Assembly: GCA_965202585.1 (NCBI GenBank)
Contig: OZ241831.1
Location: 49,910,001 to 49,974,000, forward strand
DNA length: 64,000 bases
Direction of reading: 5' to 3'
Origin: Thalia democratica
Taxonomy: Eukaryota
Shown here: piece after piece, positions 45,110-58,527 of the stretch
Numbering within the stretch: the stretch's first letter is position 1
How the letters are laid out: every line of letters begins with the position of its first letter
Notes under the pieces: model-generated
Seen by the model: only the letters and a program-made list of their open reading frames with translations
Database searches by the model: none
What the model was told of the DNA's origin: nothing
Program-made: the position numbers and the translations under genes

Positions 45110-46231
45110 ATGCGCCAAGGTGGCCAAGTGCGCCAAGTCGCCAAGTCGCATTGTCTATTGATTTTATGTTGCTATAGAAATTCATTAGAACTCATAAGAA
45201 ATCAATGCGTTTCGACACTGTTTCGAGGTCGTATGTTCATCGTTTTCATAAACGCCTCTTGTTTTCTTATCGAAGTAGCTATGCCGAAGCTCGTATATAT
45301 ACGCGTCAGTTCGGTTGGAAGTGTGAATTTGTGTGCAAAAATTCCAGAGAAAGAGAGCTCATAAATTCGAAAAGAAGAGAATTATGCAAATTTTCGGACA
45401 CAATTTTTTAATGATTTTGAGTCTACACCTGAAAGAGTTAGTGAAATCGACTGCGCAGAAACGAGTTTCACCGAAGGGAGTTTCTTTGACAAAGCGGCGT
45501 CCGAATTGGTTGAAATAGAGCGGGAATGGGGCAGGCGACGGGCGTTCAAGAGGTACCTCGAGTCGCTGCTGGTGCAGTGCGAGAAACTGAACAACGTCAG
45601 AAAGCACCACGAAAAGTACATCGCCGAGCAGAAGAATTTCAAGCAATTTTGCCGCGGCGTGGCGCTGAAGGAAGAGCACAATCGAATGCAGAAAGTCGCT
45701 TGGGAGTGGGCTTGCAGGAAGGAGGGGGAAGCCAAGCTGGAGAACGTGTTCATCGGGTACTTTTCGTTTTTTCGAAAAATTTTCTTCGTGCGAAGCAGCT
45801 TGAGAGAAGAAGACAGGATTGCGCCAAATGGTTATTCTGTGCAGATCAACAACGAGTTAGACGCGGCTTCGGAAGCGTTCAAAAAGTTCAGTTCGGACAA
45901 CGAGTTCTTTTTAAACGACGCCGCCATCAAGCCGAACTTTTTAGTGGACGAGCTGCTGGGTTATGAGATAAACGCCGGCAACGTACGCAACTTTTTCAAC
46001 CACCGTGTGGCGCACAGGAGCAACTATTCACCCGACTACGAGTTCGACGTTCGAAACATGGTCCGTTTCGTCAACGGGGAGAGCGGAATGAAGTCCATGG
46101 TGCCTGAGGTGCAGCGGGTGAGCAGGAAGCTCACTGCAGGTAACCACTGCAAAATTTGCTTGAGTGAAGCAGAACGGGAGTTGAACTTGCTGAACAGCAA
46201 ATACGACTTTGAAAACATTAAGTTGAATTAA
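45110..46231 (+). pseudogene. U25, type Q: TAT>TAA at 45362
   Basis: Split ORFs. Confidence 0.8.
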
Positions 46232-46329
46232 AACAACAACTTTCAAAGTTTTTTTTTATTTAATTAATAACTAAATTTCATCAATGATAAGCTAAGTAAG
46301 TATTTAGATTTTTGCAATAAGAACTTATC

Positions 46330-47450
46330 ATGCGCCAAGGTGGCCAAGTGCGCCAAGTCGCCAAGTCGCATTGTCTATTGATTTTATGTTGCTATAGAAA
46401 TTCATTAGAACTCATAAGAAATCAATGCGTTTCGACACTGTTTTGAGGTCGTATGTTCATCGTTTTCATAAACGCCTCTTGTTTTCTTATCGAAGTAGCT
46501 ATGCCGAAGCTCGTATATATACGCGTCAGTTCGGTTGGAAGTGTGAATTTGTGTGCAAAAATTCCAGAGAAAGAGAGCTCATATATTCGAAAAGAAGAGA
46601 ATTATGCAAATTTTCGGACACAATTTTTGAATGATTTTGAGTCTTCACCTGAAAGAGTTAGTGAAATCGACTGCGCAGAAACGAGTTTCACCGAAGGGAG
46701 TTTCTTCGACAAAGCGGCGTCCGGATTGGTTGAAATAGAGCGGGAGTGGGGCAGGCGACGGGCGTTCAAGAGGCACCTCGAGTCGCTGCTGGTTCAGTGC
46801 GAGAATCTGAACAACGTCAGAAAGCACCACGAAAAGTACATTGCTGAGCAAAAGAATTTCAAGCAGTTTTGCCGCGGCGTGGCGCTGAAGGAAGAGCACA
46901 ATCGAATGCAGAAAGTCGCTTGGGAGTGGGTTTGCAGGAAGGAGGGGGAAGCAAAGTTGGAAAACGTGTTCATCGGGTACTTTTCGTTTTTCGAAAAATT
47001 TTCTTTGTGCAGAGCAGCTTGAGAGAAGAAGACAGGATCGCGCCCAATGGTTATTCTGTGCAGATCAACAACGAGTTAGACGCGGCTTCGGAAGCGTTCA
47101 AAAAGTTCAGTTCGGACAACGAGTTCTTTTTAAACGACGCCGCCATCAAGCCGAACTTTTTAGTGGACGAGCTGCTAGGTTACGAGATAAACGCCGGCAA
47201 CATCTGCAATTTTTTCAACCACCGTGTGGCGAACGTGAGCAACTATTCGCCCGACTACGAGTTCGACGTTCGGAACATGGTCCGTTTCGTCAACGGGGAG
47301 AGCGGAATGAAGTCCATGGTGCCTGAGGTGCAGCGGGTGAGCAGGAAGCTCACTGCAGGTAACCACTGCAAAATTTGCTTGAGTGAAGCAGAACGGGAGT
47401 TGAACTTGCTGAACAGCAAATACGACTTTGAAAACATTAAGTTGAATTAA
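46330..47450 (+). pseudogene. U26, type P
   Basis: Same lesions as U24. Confidence 0.85.
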
Positions 47451-47548
47451 AACAATAACTTTCAAAGTTTTTTTTTATTTAATTAATAACTAAATTTCAT
47501 CAATGATAAGCTAAGTAAGTATTTAGATTTTTGCAATAAGAACTTATC

Positions 47549-48670
47549 ATGCGCCAAGGTGGCCAAGTGCGCCAAGTCGCCAAGTCGCATTGTCTATTGA
47601 TTTTATGTTGCTATAGAAATTCATTAGAACTCATAAGAAATCAATGCGTTTCGACACTGTTTCGAGGTCGTATGTTCATCGTTTTCATAAACGCCTCTTG
47701 TTTTCTTATCGAAGTAGCTATGCCGAAGCTCGTATATATACGCGTCAGTTCGGTTGGAAGTGTGAATTTGTGTGCAAAAATTCCAGAGAAAGAGAGCTCA
47801 TAAATTCGAAAAGAAGAGAATTATGCAAATTTTCGGACACAATTTTTTAATGATTTTGAGTCTACACCTGAAAGAGTTAGTGAAATCGACTGCGCAGAAA
47901 CGAGTTTCACCGAAGGGAGTTTCTTTGACAAAGCGGCGTCCGAATTGGTTGAAATAGAGCGGGAATGGGGCAGGCGACGGGCGTTCAAGAGGTACCTCGA
48001 GTCGCTGCTGGTGCAGTGCGAGAAACTGAACAACGTCAGAAAGCACCACGAAAAGTACATCGCCGAGCAGAAGAATTTCAAGCAATTTTGCCGCGGCGTG
48101 GCGCTGAAGGAAGAGCACAATCGAATGCAGAAAGTCGCTTGGGAGTGGGCTTGCAGGAAGGAGGGGGAAGCCAAGCTGGAGAACGTGTTCATCGGGTACT
48201 TTTCGTTTTTTCGAAAAATTTTCTTCGTGCGAAGCAGCTTGAGAGAAGAAGACAGGATTGCGCCAAATGGTTATTCTGTGCAGATCAACAACGAGTTAGA
48301 CGCGGCTTCGGAAGCGTTCAAAAAGTTCAGTTCGGACAACGAGTTCTTTTTAAACGACGCCGCCATCAAGCCGAACTTTTTAGTGGACGAGCTGCTGGGT
48401 TATGAGATAAACGCCGGCAACGTACGCAACTTTTTCAACCACCGTGTGGCGCACAGGAGCAACTATTCACCCGACTACGAGTTCGACGTTCGAAACATGG
48501 TCCGTTTCGTCAACGGGGAGAGCGGAATGAAGTCCATGGTGCCTGAGGTGCAGCGGGTGAGCAGGAAGCTCACTGCAGGTAACCACTGCAAAATTTGCTT
48601 GAGTGAAGCAGAACGGGAGTTGAACTTGCTGAACAGCAAATACGACTTTGAAAACATTAAGTTGAATTAA
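47549..48670 (+). pseudogene. U27, type Q
   Basis: Same lesion as U25. Confidence 0.8.
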
Positions 48671-48768
48671 AACAACAACTTTCAAAGTTTTTTTTTATTT
48701 AATTAATAACTAAATTTCATCAATGATAAGCTAAGTAAGTATTTAGATTTTTGCAATAAGAACTTATC

Positions 48769-49889
48769 ATGCGCCAAGGTGGCCAAGTGCGCCAAGTCGC
48801 CAAGTCGCATTGTCTATTGATTTTATGTTGCTATAGAAATTCATTAGAACTCATAAGAAATCAATGCGTTTCGACACTGTTTTGAGGTCGTATGTTCATC
48901 GTTTTCATAAACGCCTCTTGTTTTCTTATCGAAGTAGCTATGCCGAAGCTCGTATATATACGCGTCAGTTCGGTTGGAAGTGTGAATTTGTGTGCAAAAA
49001 TTCCAGAGAAAGAGAGCTCATATATTCGAAAAGAAGAGAATTATGCAAATTTTCGGACACAATTTTTGAATGATTTTGAGTCTTCACCTGAAAGAGTTAG
49101 TGAAATCGACTGCGCAGAAACGAGTTTCACCGAAGGGAGTTTCTTCGACAAAGCGGCGTCCGGATTGGTTGAAATAGAGCGGGAGTGGGGCAGGCGACGG
49201 GCGTTCAAGAGGCACCTCGAGTCGCTGCTGGTTCAGTGCGAGAATCTGAACAACGTCAGAAAGCACCACGAAAAGTACATTGCTGAGCAAAAGAATTTCA
49301 AGCAGTTTTGCCGCGGCGTGGCGCTGAAGGAAGAGCACAATCGAATGCAGAAAGTCGCTTGGGAGTGGGTTTGCAGGAAGGAGGGGGAAGCAAAGTTGGA
49401 AAACGTGTTCATCGGGTACTTTTCGTTTTTCGAAAAATTTTCTTTGTGCAGAGCAGCTTGAGAGAAGAAGACAGGATCGCGCCCAATGGTTATTCTGTGC
49501 AGATCAACAACGAGTTAGACGCGGCTTCGGAAGCGTTCAAAAAGTTCAGTTCGGACAACGAGTTCTTTTTAAACGACGCCGCCATCAAGCCGAACTTTTT
49601 AGTGGACGAGCTGCTAGGTTACGAGATAAACGCCGGCAACATCTGCAATTTTTTCAACCACCGTGTGGCGAACGTGAGCAACTATTCGCCCGACTACGAG
49701 TTCGACGTTCGGAACATGGTCCGTTTCGTCAACGGGGAGAGCGGAATGAAGTCCATGGTGCCTGAGGTGCAGCGGGTGAGCAGGAAGCTCACTGCAGGTA
49801 ACCACTGCAAAATTTGCTTGAGTGAAGCAGAACGGGAGTTGAACTTGCTGAACAGCAAATACGACTTTGAAAACATTAAGTTGAATTAA
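48769..49889 (+). pseudogene. U28, type P
   Basis: Same lesions as U24. Confidence 0.85.
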
Positions 49890-49987
49890 AACAATAACTT
49901 TCAAAGTTTTTTTTTATTTAATTAATAACTAAATTTCATCAATGATAAGCTAAGTAAGTATTTAGATTTTTGCAATAAGAACTTATC

Positions 49988-51109
49988 ATGCGCCAAGGTG
50001 GCCAAGTGCGCCAAGTCGCCAAGTCGCATTGTCTATTGATTTTATGTTGCTATAGAAATTCATTAGAACTCATAAGAAATCAATGCGTTTCGACACTGTT
50101 TCGAGGTCGTATGTTCATCGTTTTCATAAACGCCTCTTGTTTTCTTATCGAAGTAGCTATGCCGAAGCTCGTATATATACGCGTCAGTTCGGTTGGAAGT
50201 GTGAATTTGTGTGCAAAAATTCCAGAGAAAGAGAGCTCATAAATTCGAAAAGAAGAGAATTATGCAAATTTTCGGACACAATTTTTTAATGATTTTGAGT
50301 CTACACCTGAAAGAGTTAGTGAAATCGACTGCGCAGAAACGAGTTTCACCGAAGGGAGTTTCTTTGACAAAGCGGCGTCCGAATTGGTTGAAATAGAGCG
50401 GGAATGGGGCAGGCGACGGGCGTTCAAGAGGTACCTCGAGTCGCTGCTGGTGCAGTGCGAGAAACTGAACAACGTCAGAAAGCACCACGAAAAGTACATC
50501 GCCGAGCAGAAGAATTTCAAGCAATTTTGCCGCGGCGTGGCGCTGAAGGAAGAGCACAATCGAATGCAGAAAGTCGCTTGGGAGTGGGCTTGCAGGAAGG
50601 AGGGGGAAGCCAAGCTGGAGAACGTGTTCATCGGGTACTTTTCGTTTTTTCGAAAAATTTTCTTCGTGCGAAGCAGCTTGAGAGAAGAAGACAGGATTGC
50701 GCCAAATGGTTATTCTGTGCAGATCAACAACGAGTTAGACGCGGCTTCGGAAGCGTTCAAAAAGTTCAGTTCGGACAACGAGTTCTTTTTAAACGACGCC
50801 GCCATCAAGCCGAACTTTTTAGTGGACGAGCTGCTGGGTTATGAGATAAACGCCGGCAACGTACGCAACTTTTTCAACCACCGTGTGGCGCACAGGAGCA
50901 ACTATTCACCCGACTACGAGTTCGACGTTCGAAACATGGTCCGTTTCGTCAACGGGGAGAGCGGAATGAAGTCCATGGTGCCTGAGGTGCAGCGGGTGAG
51001 CAGGAAGCTCACTGCAGGTAACCACTGCAAAATTTGCTTGAGTGAAGCAGAACGGGAGTTGAACTTGCTGAACAGCAAATACGACTTTGAAAACATTAAG
51101 TTGAATTAA
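49988..51109 (+). pseudogene. U29, type Q
   Basis: Same lesion as U25. Confidence 0.8.
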
Positions 51110-51207
51110 AACAACAACTTTCAAAGTTTTTTTTTATTTAATTAATAACTAAATTTCATCAATGATAAGCTAAGTAAGTATTTAGATTTTTGCAATAAGA
51201 ACTTATC

Positions 51208-52328
51208 ATGCGCCAAGGTGGCCAAGTGCGCCAAGTCGCCAAGTCGCATTGTCTATTGATTTTATGTTGCTATAGAAATTCATTAGAACTCATAAGAAAT
51301 CAATGCGTTTCGACACTGTTTTGAGGTCGTATGTTCATCGTTTTCATAAACGCCTCTTGTTTTCTTATCGAAGTAGCTATGCCGAAGCTCGTATATATAC
51401 GCGTCAGTTCGGTTGGAAGTGTGAATTTGTGTGCAAAAATTCCAGAGAAAGAGAGCTCATATATTCGAAAAGAAGAGAATTATGCAAATTTTCGGACACA
51501 ATTTTTGAATGATTTTGAGTCTTCACCTGAAAGAGTTAGTGAAATCGACTGCGCAGAAACGAGTTTCACCGAAGGGAGTTTCTTCGACAAAGCGGCGTCC
51601 GGATTGGTTGAAATAGAGCGGGAGTGGGGCAGGCGACGGGCGTTCAAGAGGTACCTCGAGTCGCTGCTGGTTCAGTGCGAGAATCTGAACAACGTCAGAA
51701 AGCACCACGAAAAGTACATTGCTGAGCAAAAGAATTTCAAGCAGTTTTGCCGCGGCGTGGCGCTGAAGGAAGAGCACAATCGAATGCAGAAAGTCGCTTG
51801 GGAGTGGGTTTGCAGGAAGGAGGGGGAAGCAAAGTTGGAAAACGTGTTCATCGGGTACTTTTCGTTTTTCGAAAAATTTTCTTTGTGCAGAGCAGCTTGA
51901 GAGAAGAAGACAGGATCGCGCCCAATGGTTATTCTGTGCAGATCAACAACGAGTTAGACGCGGCTTCGGAAGCGTTCAAAAAGTTCAGTTCGGACAACGA
52001 GTTCTTTTTAAACGACGCCGCCATCAAGCCGAACTTTTTAGTGGACGAACTGCTAGGTTACGAGATAAACGCCGGCAACATCTGCAATTTTCTCAACCAC
52101 CGTGTGGCGAACGTGAGCAACTATTCGCCCGACTACGAGTTCGACGTTCGAAACATGGTCCGTTTCGTCAACGGGGAGAGCGGAATGAAGTCCATGGTGC
52201 CTGAGGTGCAGCGGGTGAGCAGGAAGCTCACTGCAGGTAACCACTGCAAAATTTGCTTGAGTGAAGCAGAACGGGAGTTGAACTTGCTGAACAGCAAATA
52301 CGACTTTGAAAACATTAAGTTGAATTAA
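51208..52328 (+). pseudogene. U30, type P
   Basis: Same lesions as U24. Confidence 0.85.
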
Positions 52329-52426
52329 AACAACAACTTTCAAAGTTTTTTTTTATTTAATTAATAACTAAATTTCATCAATGATAAGCTAAGTAAGTAT
52401 TTAGATTTTTGCAATAAGAACTTATC

Positions 52427-53547
52427 ATGCGCCAAGGTGGCCAAGTGCGCCAAGTCGCCAAGTCGCATTGTCTATTGATTTTATGTTGCTATAGAAATTC
52501 ATTAGAACTCATAAGAAATCAATGCGTTTCGACACTGTTTTGAGGTCGTATGTTCATCGTTTTCATAAACGCCTCTTGTTTTCTTATCGAAGTAGCTATG
52601 CCGAAGCTCGTATATATACGCGTCAGTTCGGTTGGAAGTGTGAATTTGTGTGCAAAAATTCCAGAGAAAGAGAGCTCATATATTCGAAAAGAAGAGAATT
52701 ATGCAAATTTTCGGACACAATTTTTGAATGATTTTGAGTCTTCACCTGAAAGAGTTAGTGAAATCGACTGCGCAGAAACGAGTTTCACCGAAGGGAGTTT
52801 CTTCGACAAAGCGGCGTCCGGATTGGTTGAAATAGAGCGGGAGTGGGGCAGGCGACGGGCGTTCAAGAGGTACCTCGAGTCGCTGCTGGTTCAGTGCGAG
52901 AATCTGAACAACGTCAGAAAGCACCACGAAAAGTACATTGCTGAGCAAAAGAATTTCAAGCAGTTTTGCCGCGGCGTGGCGCTGAAGGAAGAGCACAATC
53001 GAATGCAGAAAGTCGCTTGGGAGTGGGTTTGCAGGAAGGAGGGGGAAGCAAAGTTGGAAAACGTGTTCATCGGGTACTTTTCGTTTTTCGAAAAATTTTC
53101 TTTGTGCAGAGCAGCTTGAGAGAAGAAGACAGGATCGCGCCCAATGGTTATTCTGTGCAGATCAACAACGAGTTAGACGCGGCTTCGGAAGCGTTCAAAA
53201 AGTTCAGTTCGGACAACGAGTTCTTTTTAAACGACGCCGCCATCAAGCCGAACTTTTTAGTGGACGAACTGCTAGGTTACGAGATAAACGCCGGCAACAT
53301 CTGCAATTTTCTCAACCACCGTGTGGCGAACGTGAGCAACTATTCGCCCGACTACGAGTTCGACGTTCGAAACATGGTCCGTTTCGTCAACGGGGAGAGC
53401 GGAATGAAGTCCATGGTGCCTGAGGTGCAGCGGGTGAGCAGGAAGCTCACTGCAGGTAACCACTGCAAAATTTGCTTGAGTGAAGCAGAACGGGAGTTGA
53501 ACTTGCTGAACAGCAAATACGACTTTGAAAACATTAAGTTGAATTAA
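52427..53547 (+). pseudogene. U31, type P
   Basis: Same lesions as U24. Confidence 0.85.
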
Positions 53548-53645
53548 AACAACAACTTTCAAAGTTTTTTTTTATTTAATTAATAACTAAATTTCATCAA
53601 TGATAAGCTAAGTAAGTATTTAGATTTTTGCAATAAGAACTTATC

Positions 53646-54766
53646 ATGCGCCAAGGTGGCCAAGTGCGCCAAGTCGCCAAGTCGCATTGTCTATTGATTT
53701 TATGTTGCTATAGAAATTCATTAGAACTCATAAGAAATCAATGCGTTTCGACACTGTTTTGAGGTCGTATGTTCATCGTTTTCATAAACGCCTCTTGTTT
53801 TCTTATCGAAGTAGCTATGCCGAAGCTCGTATATATACGCGTCAGTTCGGTTGGAAGTGTGAATTTGTGTGCAAAAATTCCAGAGAAAGAGAGCTCATAT
53901 ATTCGAAAAGAAGAGAATTATGCAAATTTTCGGACACAATTTTTGAATGATTTTGAGTCTACACCTGAAAGAGTTAGTGAAATCGACTGCGCAGAAACGA
54001 GTTTCACCGAAGGGAGTTTCTTCGACAAAGCGGCGTCCGGATTGGTTGAAATAGAGCGGGAGTGGGGCAGGCGACGGGCGTTCAAGAGGTACCTCGAGTC
54101 GCTGCTGGTTCAGTGCGAGAATCTGAACAACGTCAGAAAGCACCACGAAAAGTACATTGCTGAGCAAAAGAATTTCAAGCAGTTTTGCCGCGGCGTGGCG
54201 CTGAAGGAAGAGCACAATCGAATGCAGAAAGTCGCTTGGGAGTGGGTTTGCAGGAAGGAGGGGGAAGCAAAGTTGGAAAACGTGTTCATCGGGTACTTTT
54301 CGTTTTTCGAAAAATTTTCTTTGTGCAGAGCAGCTTGAGAGAAAAAGACAGGATCGCGCCCAATGGTTATTCTGTGCAGATCAACAACGAGTTAGACGCG
54401 GCTTCGGAAGCGTTCAAAAAGTTCAGTTCGGACAACGAGTTCTTTTTAAACGACGCCGCCATCAAGCCGAACTTTTTAGTGGACGAACTGCTAGGTTACG
54501 AGATAAACGCCGGCAACATCTGCAATTTTCTCAACCACCGTGTGGCGAACGTGAGCAACTATTCGCCCGACTACGAGTTCGACGTTCGGAACATGGTCCG
54601 TTTCGTCAACGGGGAGAGCGGAATGAAGTCCATGGTGCCTGAGGTGCAGCGGGTGAGCAGGAAGCTCACTGCAGGTAACCACTGCAAAATTTGCTTGAGT
54701 GAAGCAGAACGGGAGTTGAACTTGCTGAACAGCAAATACGACTTTGAAAACATTAAGTTGAATTAA
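53646..54766 (+). pseudogene. U32, type P
   Basis: Same lesions as U24. Confidence 0.85.
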
Positions 54767-54864
54767 AACAACAACTTTCAAAGTTTTTTTTTATTTAATT
54801 AATAACTAAATTTCATCAATGATAAGCTAAGTAAGTATTTAGATTTTTGCAATAAGAACTTATC

Positions 54865-55985
54865 ATGCGCCAAGGTGGCCAAGTGCGCCAAGTCGCCAAG
54901 TCGCATTGTCTATTGATTTTATGTTGCTATAGAAATTCATTAGAACTCATAAGAAATCAATGCGTTTCGACACTGTTTTGAGGTCGTATGTTCATCGTTT
55001 TCATAAACGCCTCTTGTTTTCTTATCGAAGTAGCTATGCCGAAGCTCGTATATATACGCGTCAGTTCGGTTGGAAGTGTGAATTTGTGTGCAAAAATTCC
55101 AGAGAAAGAGAGCTCATATATTCGAAAAGAAGAGAATTATGCAAATTTTCGGACACAATTTTTGAATGATTTTGAGTCTACACCTGAAAGAGTTAGTGAA
55201 ATCGACTGCGCAGAAACGAGTTTCACCGAAGGGAGTTTCTTCGACAAAGCGGCGTCCGGATTGGTTGAAATAGAGCGGGAGTGGGGCAGGCGACGGGCGT
55301 TCAAGAGGTACCTCGAGTCGCTGCTGGTTCAGTGCGAGAATCTGAACAACGTCAGAAAGCACCACGAAAAGTACATTGCTGAGCAAAAGAATTTCAAGCA
55401 GTTTTGCCGCGGCGTGGCGCTGAAGGAAGAGCACAATCGAATGCAGAAAGTCGCTTGGGAGTGGGTTTGCAGGAAGGAGGGGGAAGCAAAGTTGGAAAAC
55501 GTGTTCATCGGGTACTTTTCGTTTTTCGAAAAATTTTCTTTGTGCAGAGCAGCTTGAGAGAAAAAGACAGGATCGCGCCCAATGGTTATTCTGTGCAGAT
55601 CAACAACGAGTTAGACGCGGCTTCGGAAGCGTTCAAAAAGTTCAGTTCGGACAACGAGTTCTTTTTAAACGACGCCGCCATCAAGCCGAACTTTTTAGTG
55701 GACGAACTGCTAGGTTACGAGATAAACGCCGGCAACATCTGCAATTTTCTCAACCACCGTGTGGCGAACGTGAGCAACTATTCGCCCGACTACGAGTTCG
55801 ACGTTCGGAACATGGTCCGTTTCGTCAACGGGGAGAGCGGAATGAAGTCCATGGTGCCTGAGGTGCAGCGGGTGAGCAGGAAGCTCACTGCAGGTAACCA
55901 CTGCAAAATTTGCTTGAGTGAAGCAGAACAGGAGTTGAACTTGCTGAACAGCAAATACGACTTTGAAAACATTAAGTTGAATTAA
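54865..55985 (+). pseudogene. U33, type P
   Basis: Same lesions as U24. Confidence 0.85.
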
Positions 55986-56082
55986 AACAATAACTTTCAA
56001 AGTTTTTTTTATTTAATTAATAACTAAATTTCATCAATGATAAGCTAAGTAAGTATTTAGATTTTTGCAATAAGAACTTATC

Positions 56083-57204
56083 ATGCGCCAAGGTGGCCAA
56101 GTGCGCCAAGTCGCCAAGTCGCATTGTCTATTGATTTTATGTTGCTATAGAAATTCATTAGAACTCATAAGAAATCAATGCGTTTCGACACTGTTTCGAG
56201 GTCGTATGTTCATCGTTTTCATAAACGCCTCTTGTTTTCTTATCGAAGTAGCTATGCCGAAGCTCGTATATATACGCGTCAGTTCGGTTAGAAGTGTGAA
56301 TTTGTGTGCAAAAATTCCAGAGAAAGAGAGCTCATATATTCGAAAAGAAGAGAATTATGCAAATTTTCGGACACAATTTTTGAATGATTTTGAGTCTTCA
56401 CCTGAAAGAGTTAGTGAAATCGACTGCGCAGAAACGAGTTTCACCGAAGGGAGTTTCTTCGACAAAGCGGCGTCCGGATTGGTTGAAATAGAGCGGGAGT
56501 GGGGCAGGCGACGGGCGTTCAAGAGGCACCTCGAGTCGCTGCTGGTTCAGTGCGAGAATCTGAACAACGTCAGAAAGCACCACGAAAAGTACATTGCTGA
56601 GCAAAAGAATTTCAAGCAGTTTTGCCGCGGCGTGGCGCTGAAGGAAGAGCACAATCGAATGCAGAAAGTCGCTTGGGAGTGGGTTTGCAGGAAGGAGGGG
56701 GAAGCAAAGTTGGAAAACGTGTTCATCGGGTACTTTTCGTTTTTTCGAAAAATTTTCCTCGTGCAAAGCAGCTTGAGAGAAGAAGACAGGATCGCGCCAA
56801 ATGGTTGTTCTGCGAAGATCAACAACGAGTTGGACGCGGCTTCGGAAGCGTTTAAAAAGTTCAGTTCGGACAACGAGTTCTTTTTGAACAACGCCGCCAT
56901 CAAGCCGAACTTTTTAGTGGACGAGCTGCTGGGTTATGAGATAAACGCCGGCAACGTACGCAACTTTTTCAACCACCGTGTGGCGTACGTGAGCAACTAT
57001 TCACCCGACTACGAGTTCGACGTTCGAAACATGGTCCGTTTCGTCAACGGGGAGAGCGGAACGAAGTCCATGGTGCCTGAGGTGCAGCGGGTGAGCAGGA
57101 AGCTCACTGCAGGTAACCACTGCAAAATTTGCTTGAGTGAAGCAGAACGGGAGTTGAACTTGCTGAACAGCAAATACGACTTTGAAAACTTTAAGTTGAA
57201 TTAA
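56083..57204 (+). CDS. U34, intact 373 aa, near-copy of U22
   Basis: Shares RSV, ENFKLN and other diagnostic variants with U22. Confidence 0.7.
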   Translation: MRQGGQVRQVAKSHCLLILCCYRNSLELIRNQCVSTLFRGRMFIVFINASCFLIEVAMPKLVYIRVSSVRSVNLCAKIPEKESSYIRKEENYANFRTQFLNDFESSPERVSEIDCAETSFTEGSFFDKAASGLVEIEREWGRRRAFKRHLESLLVQCENLNNVRKHHEKYIAEQKNFKQFCRGVALKEEHNRMQKVAWEWVCRKEGEAKLENVFIGYFSFFRKIFLVQSSLREEDRIAPNGCSAKINNELDAASEAFKKFSSDNEFFLNNAAIKPNFLVDELLGYEINAGNVRNFFNHRVAYVSNYSPDYEFDVRNMVRFVNGESGTKSMVPEVQRVSRKLTAGNHCKICLSEAERELNLLNSKYDFENFKLN

Positions 57205-57302
57205 AACAATAACTTTCAAAGTTTTTTTTTATTTAATTAATAACTAAATTTCATCAATGATAAGCTAAGTAAGTATTTAGATTTTTGCAATAAGAACTTA
57301 TC

Positions 57303-58420
57303 ATGCGCCAAGGTGGCCAAGTGCGCCAAGTCGCCAAGTCGCATTGTCTATTGATTTTATGTTGCTATAGAAATTCATTAGAACTCATAAGAAATCAATG
57401 CGTTTCGACACTGTTTCGAGGTCGTATGTTCATCGTTTTCATAAACGCCTCTTGTTTTCTTATCGAAGTAGCTATGCCGAAGCTAGTATATATACGCGTC
57501 AGTTCGGTTGGAAGTGTGAATTTGTGTGCAAAAAGTCCAGAGAAAGAGAGCTCATATATTCGAAAAGAAGAGAATTATGCAAATTTTCGGACACAATTTT
57601 TTAATGATTTTGAGTCTACACCTGAAAGAGTTAGTGAAATCGACTGAAAACGAGTTTCACCGAAGGGAGTTTCTTCGACAAAGCGGCGTCCGGATTGGTT
57701 GAAATAGAGCGGGAGTGGGGCAGGCGACGGGCGTTCAAAAGGTACCTCGAGTCGCTGCTGATCCGGTGCGAGAAACTGAACAACGTCAGAAAGCACCACG
57801 AAAAGTACATTGCCGAGCAGAAGAATTTCAAGCAGTTTTGCCGCGGCGTGGCGCTGAAGGAAGAGCACAATCGAATGCAGAAAGTCGCTTGGGAGTGGGT
57901 TTACAGGAAGGAGGGGGAAGCCAAGCTGGAGAACGTGTTCATCGGGTACTTTTCGTTTTTTCGAAAAATTTTCTTCGTGCACAGCAGCTTGAGAGAAGAA
58001 GACAGGATCGCGCCAAATGGTTATTCTGTGCAGATCAACAACGAGTTAGACGCGGCTTCGGAAGCGTTTAAAAAGTTCAGTTCGGACAACGACTTCTTTT
58101 TAAACAACGCCGCCATCAAGCCGAACTTTTTAGTGGACGAACTGCTAGGTTATGAGATAAACGCCGGCAACGTACGCAACTTTTTCAACCACCGTGTGGC
58201 GAACGTGAGCAACTATTCACCCGACTACGAGTTCGACGTTCGAAACATGGTCCGTTTCGTCAACGGGGAGAGCGGAATGAAACTCATGGTGCCTGAGGTG
58301 CAGCGAGTGAGCAGGAAGCTCGCTGCAGGTAACAACTGCAAAATTTGCTTGAGTGAAGCAGAACGGGAGTTGAACTTGCTGAACAGCAAATACGACTTTG
58401 AAAACATTAAGTTGAATTAA
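57303..58420 (+). pseudogene. U35, same 4-nt junction deletion as U23
   Basis: ORF stops at 57647. Confidence 0.8.
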
Positions 58421-58527
58421 AACAATAACTTTCAAAGTTTTTTTTATTTAATTAATAACTAAATTTCATCAATGATAAGCTAAGTAAGTATTTAGATTTT
58501 TGCAATAAGAACTTATCATGCGCCAAG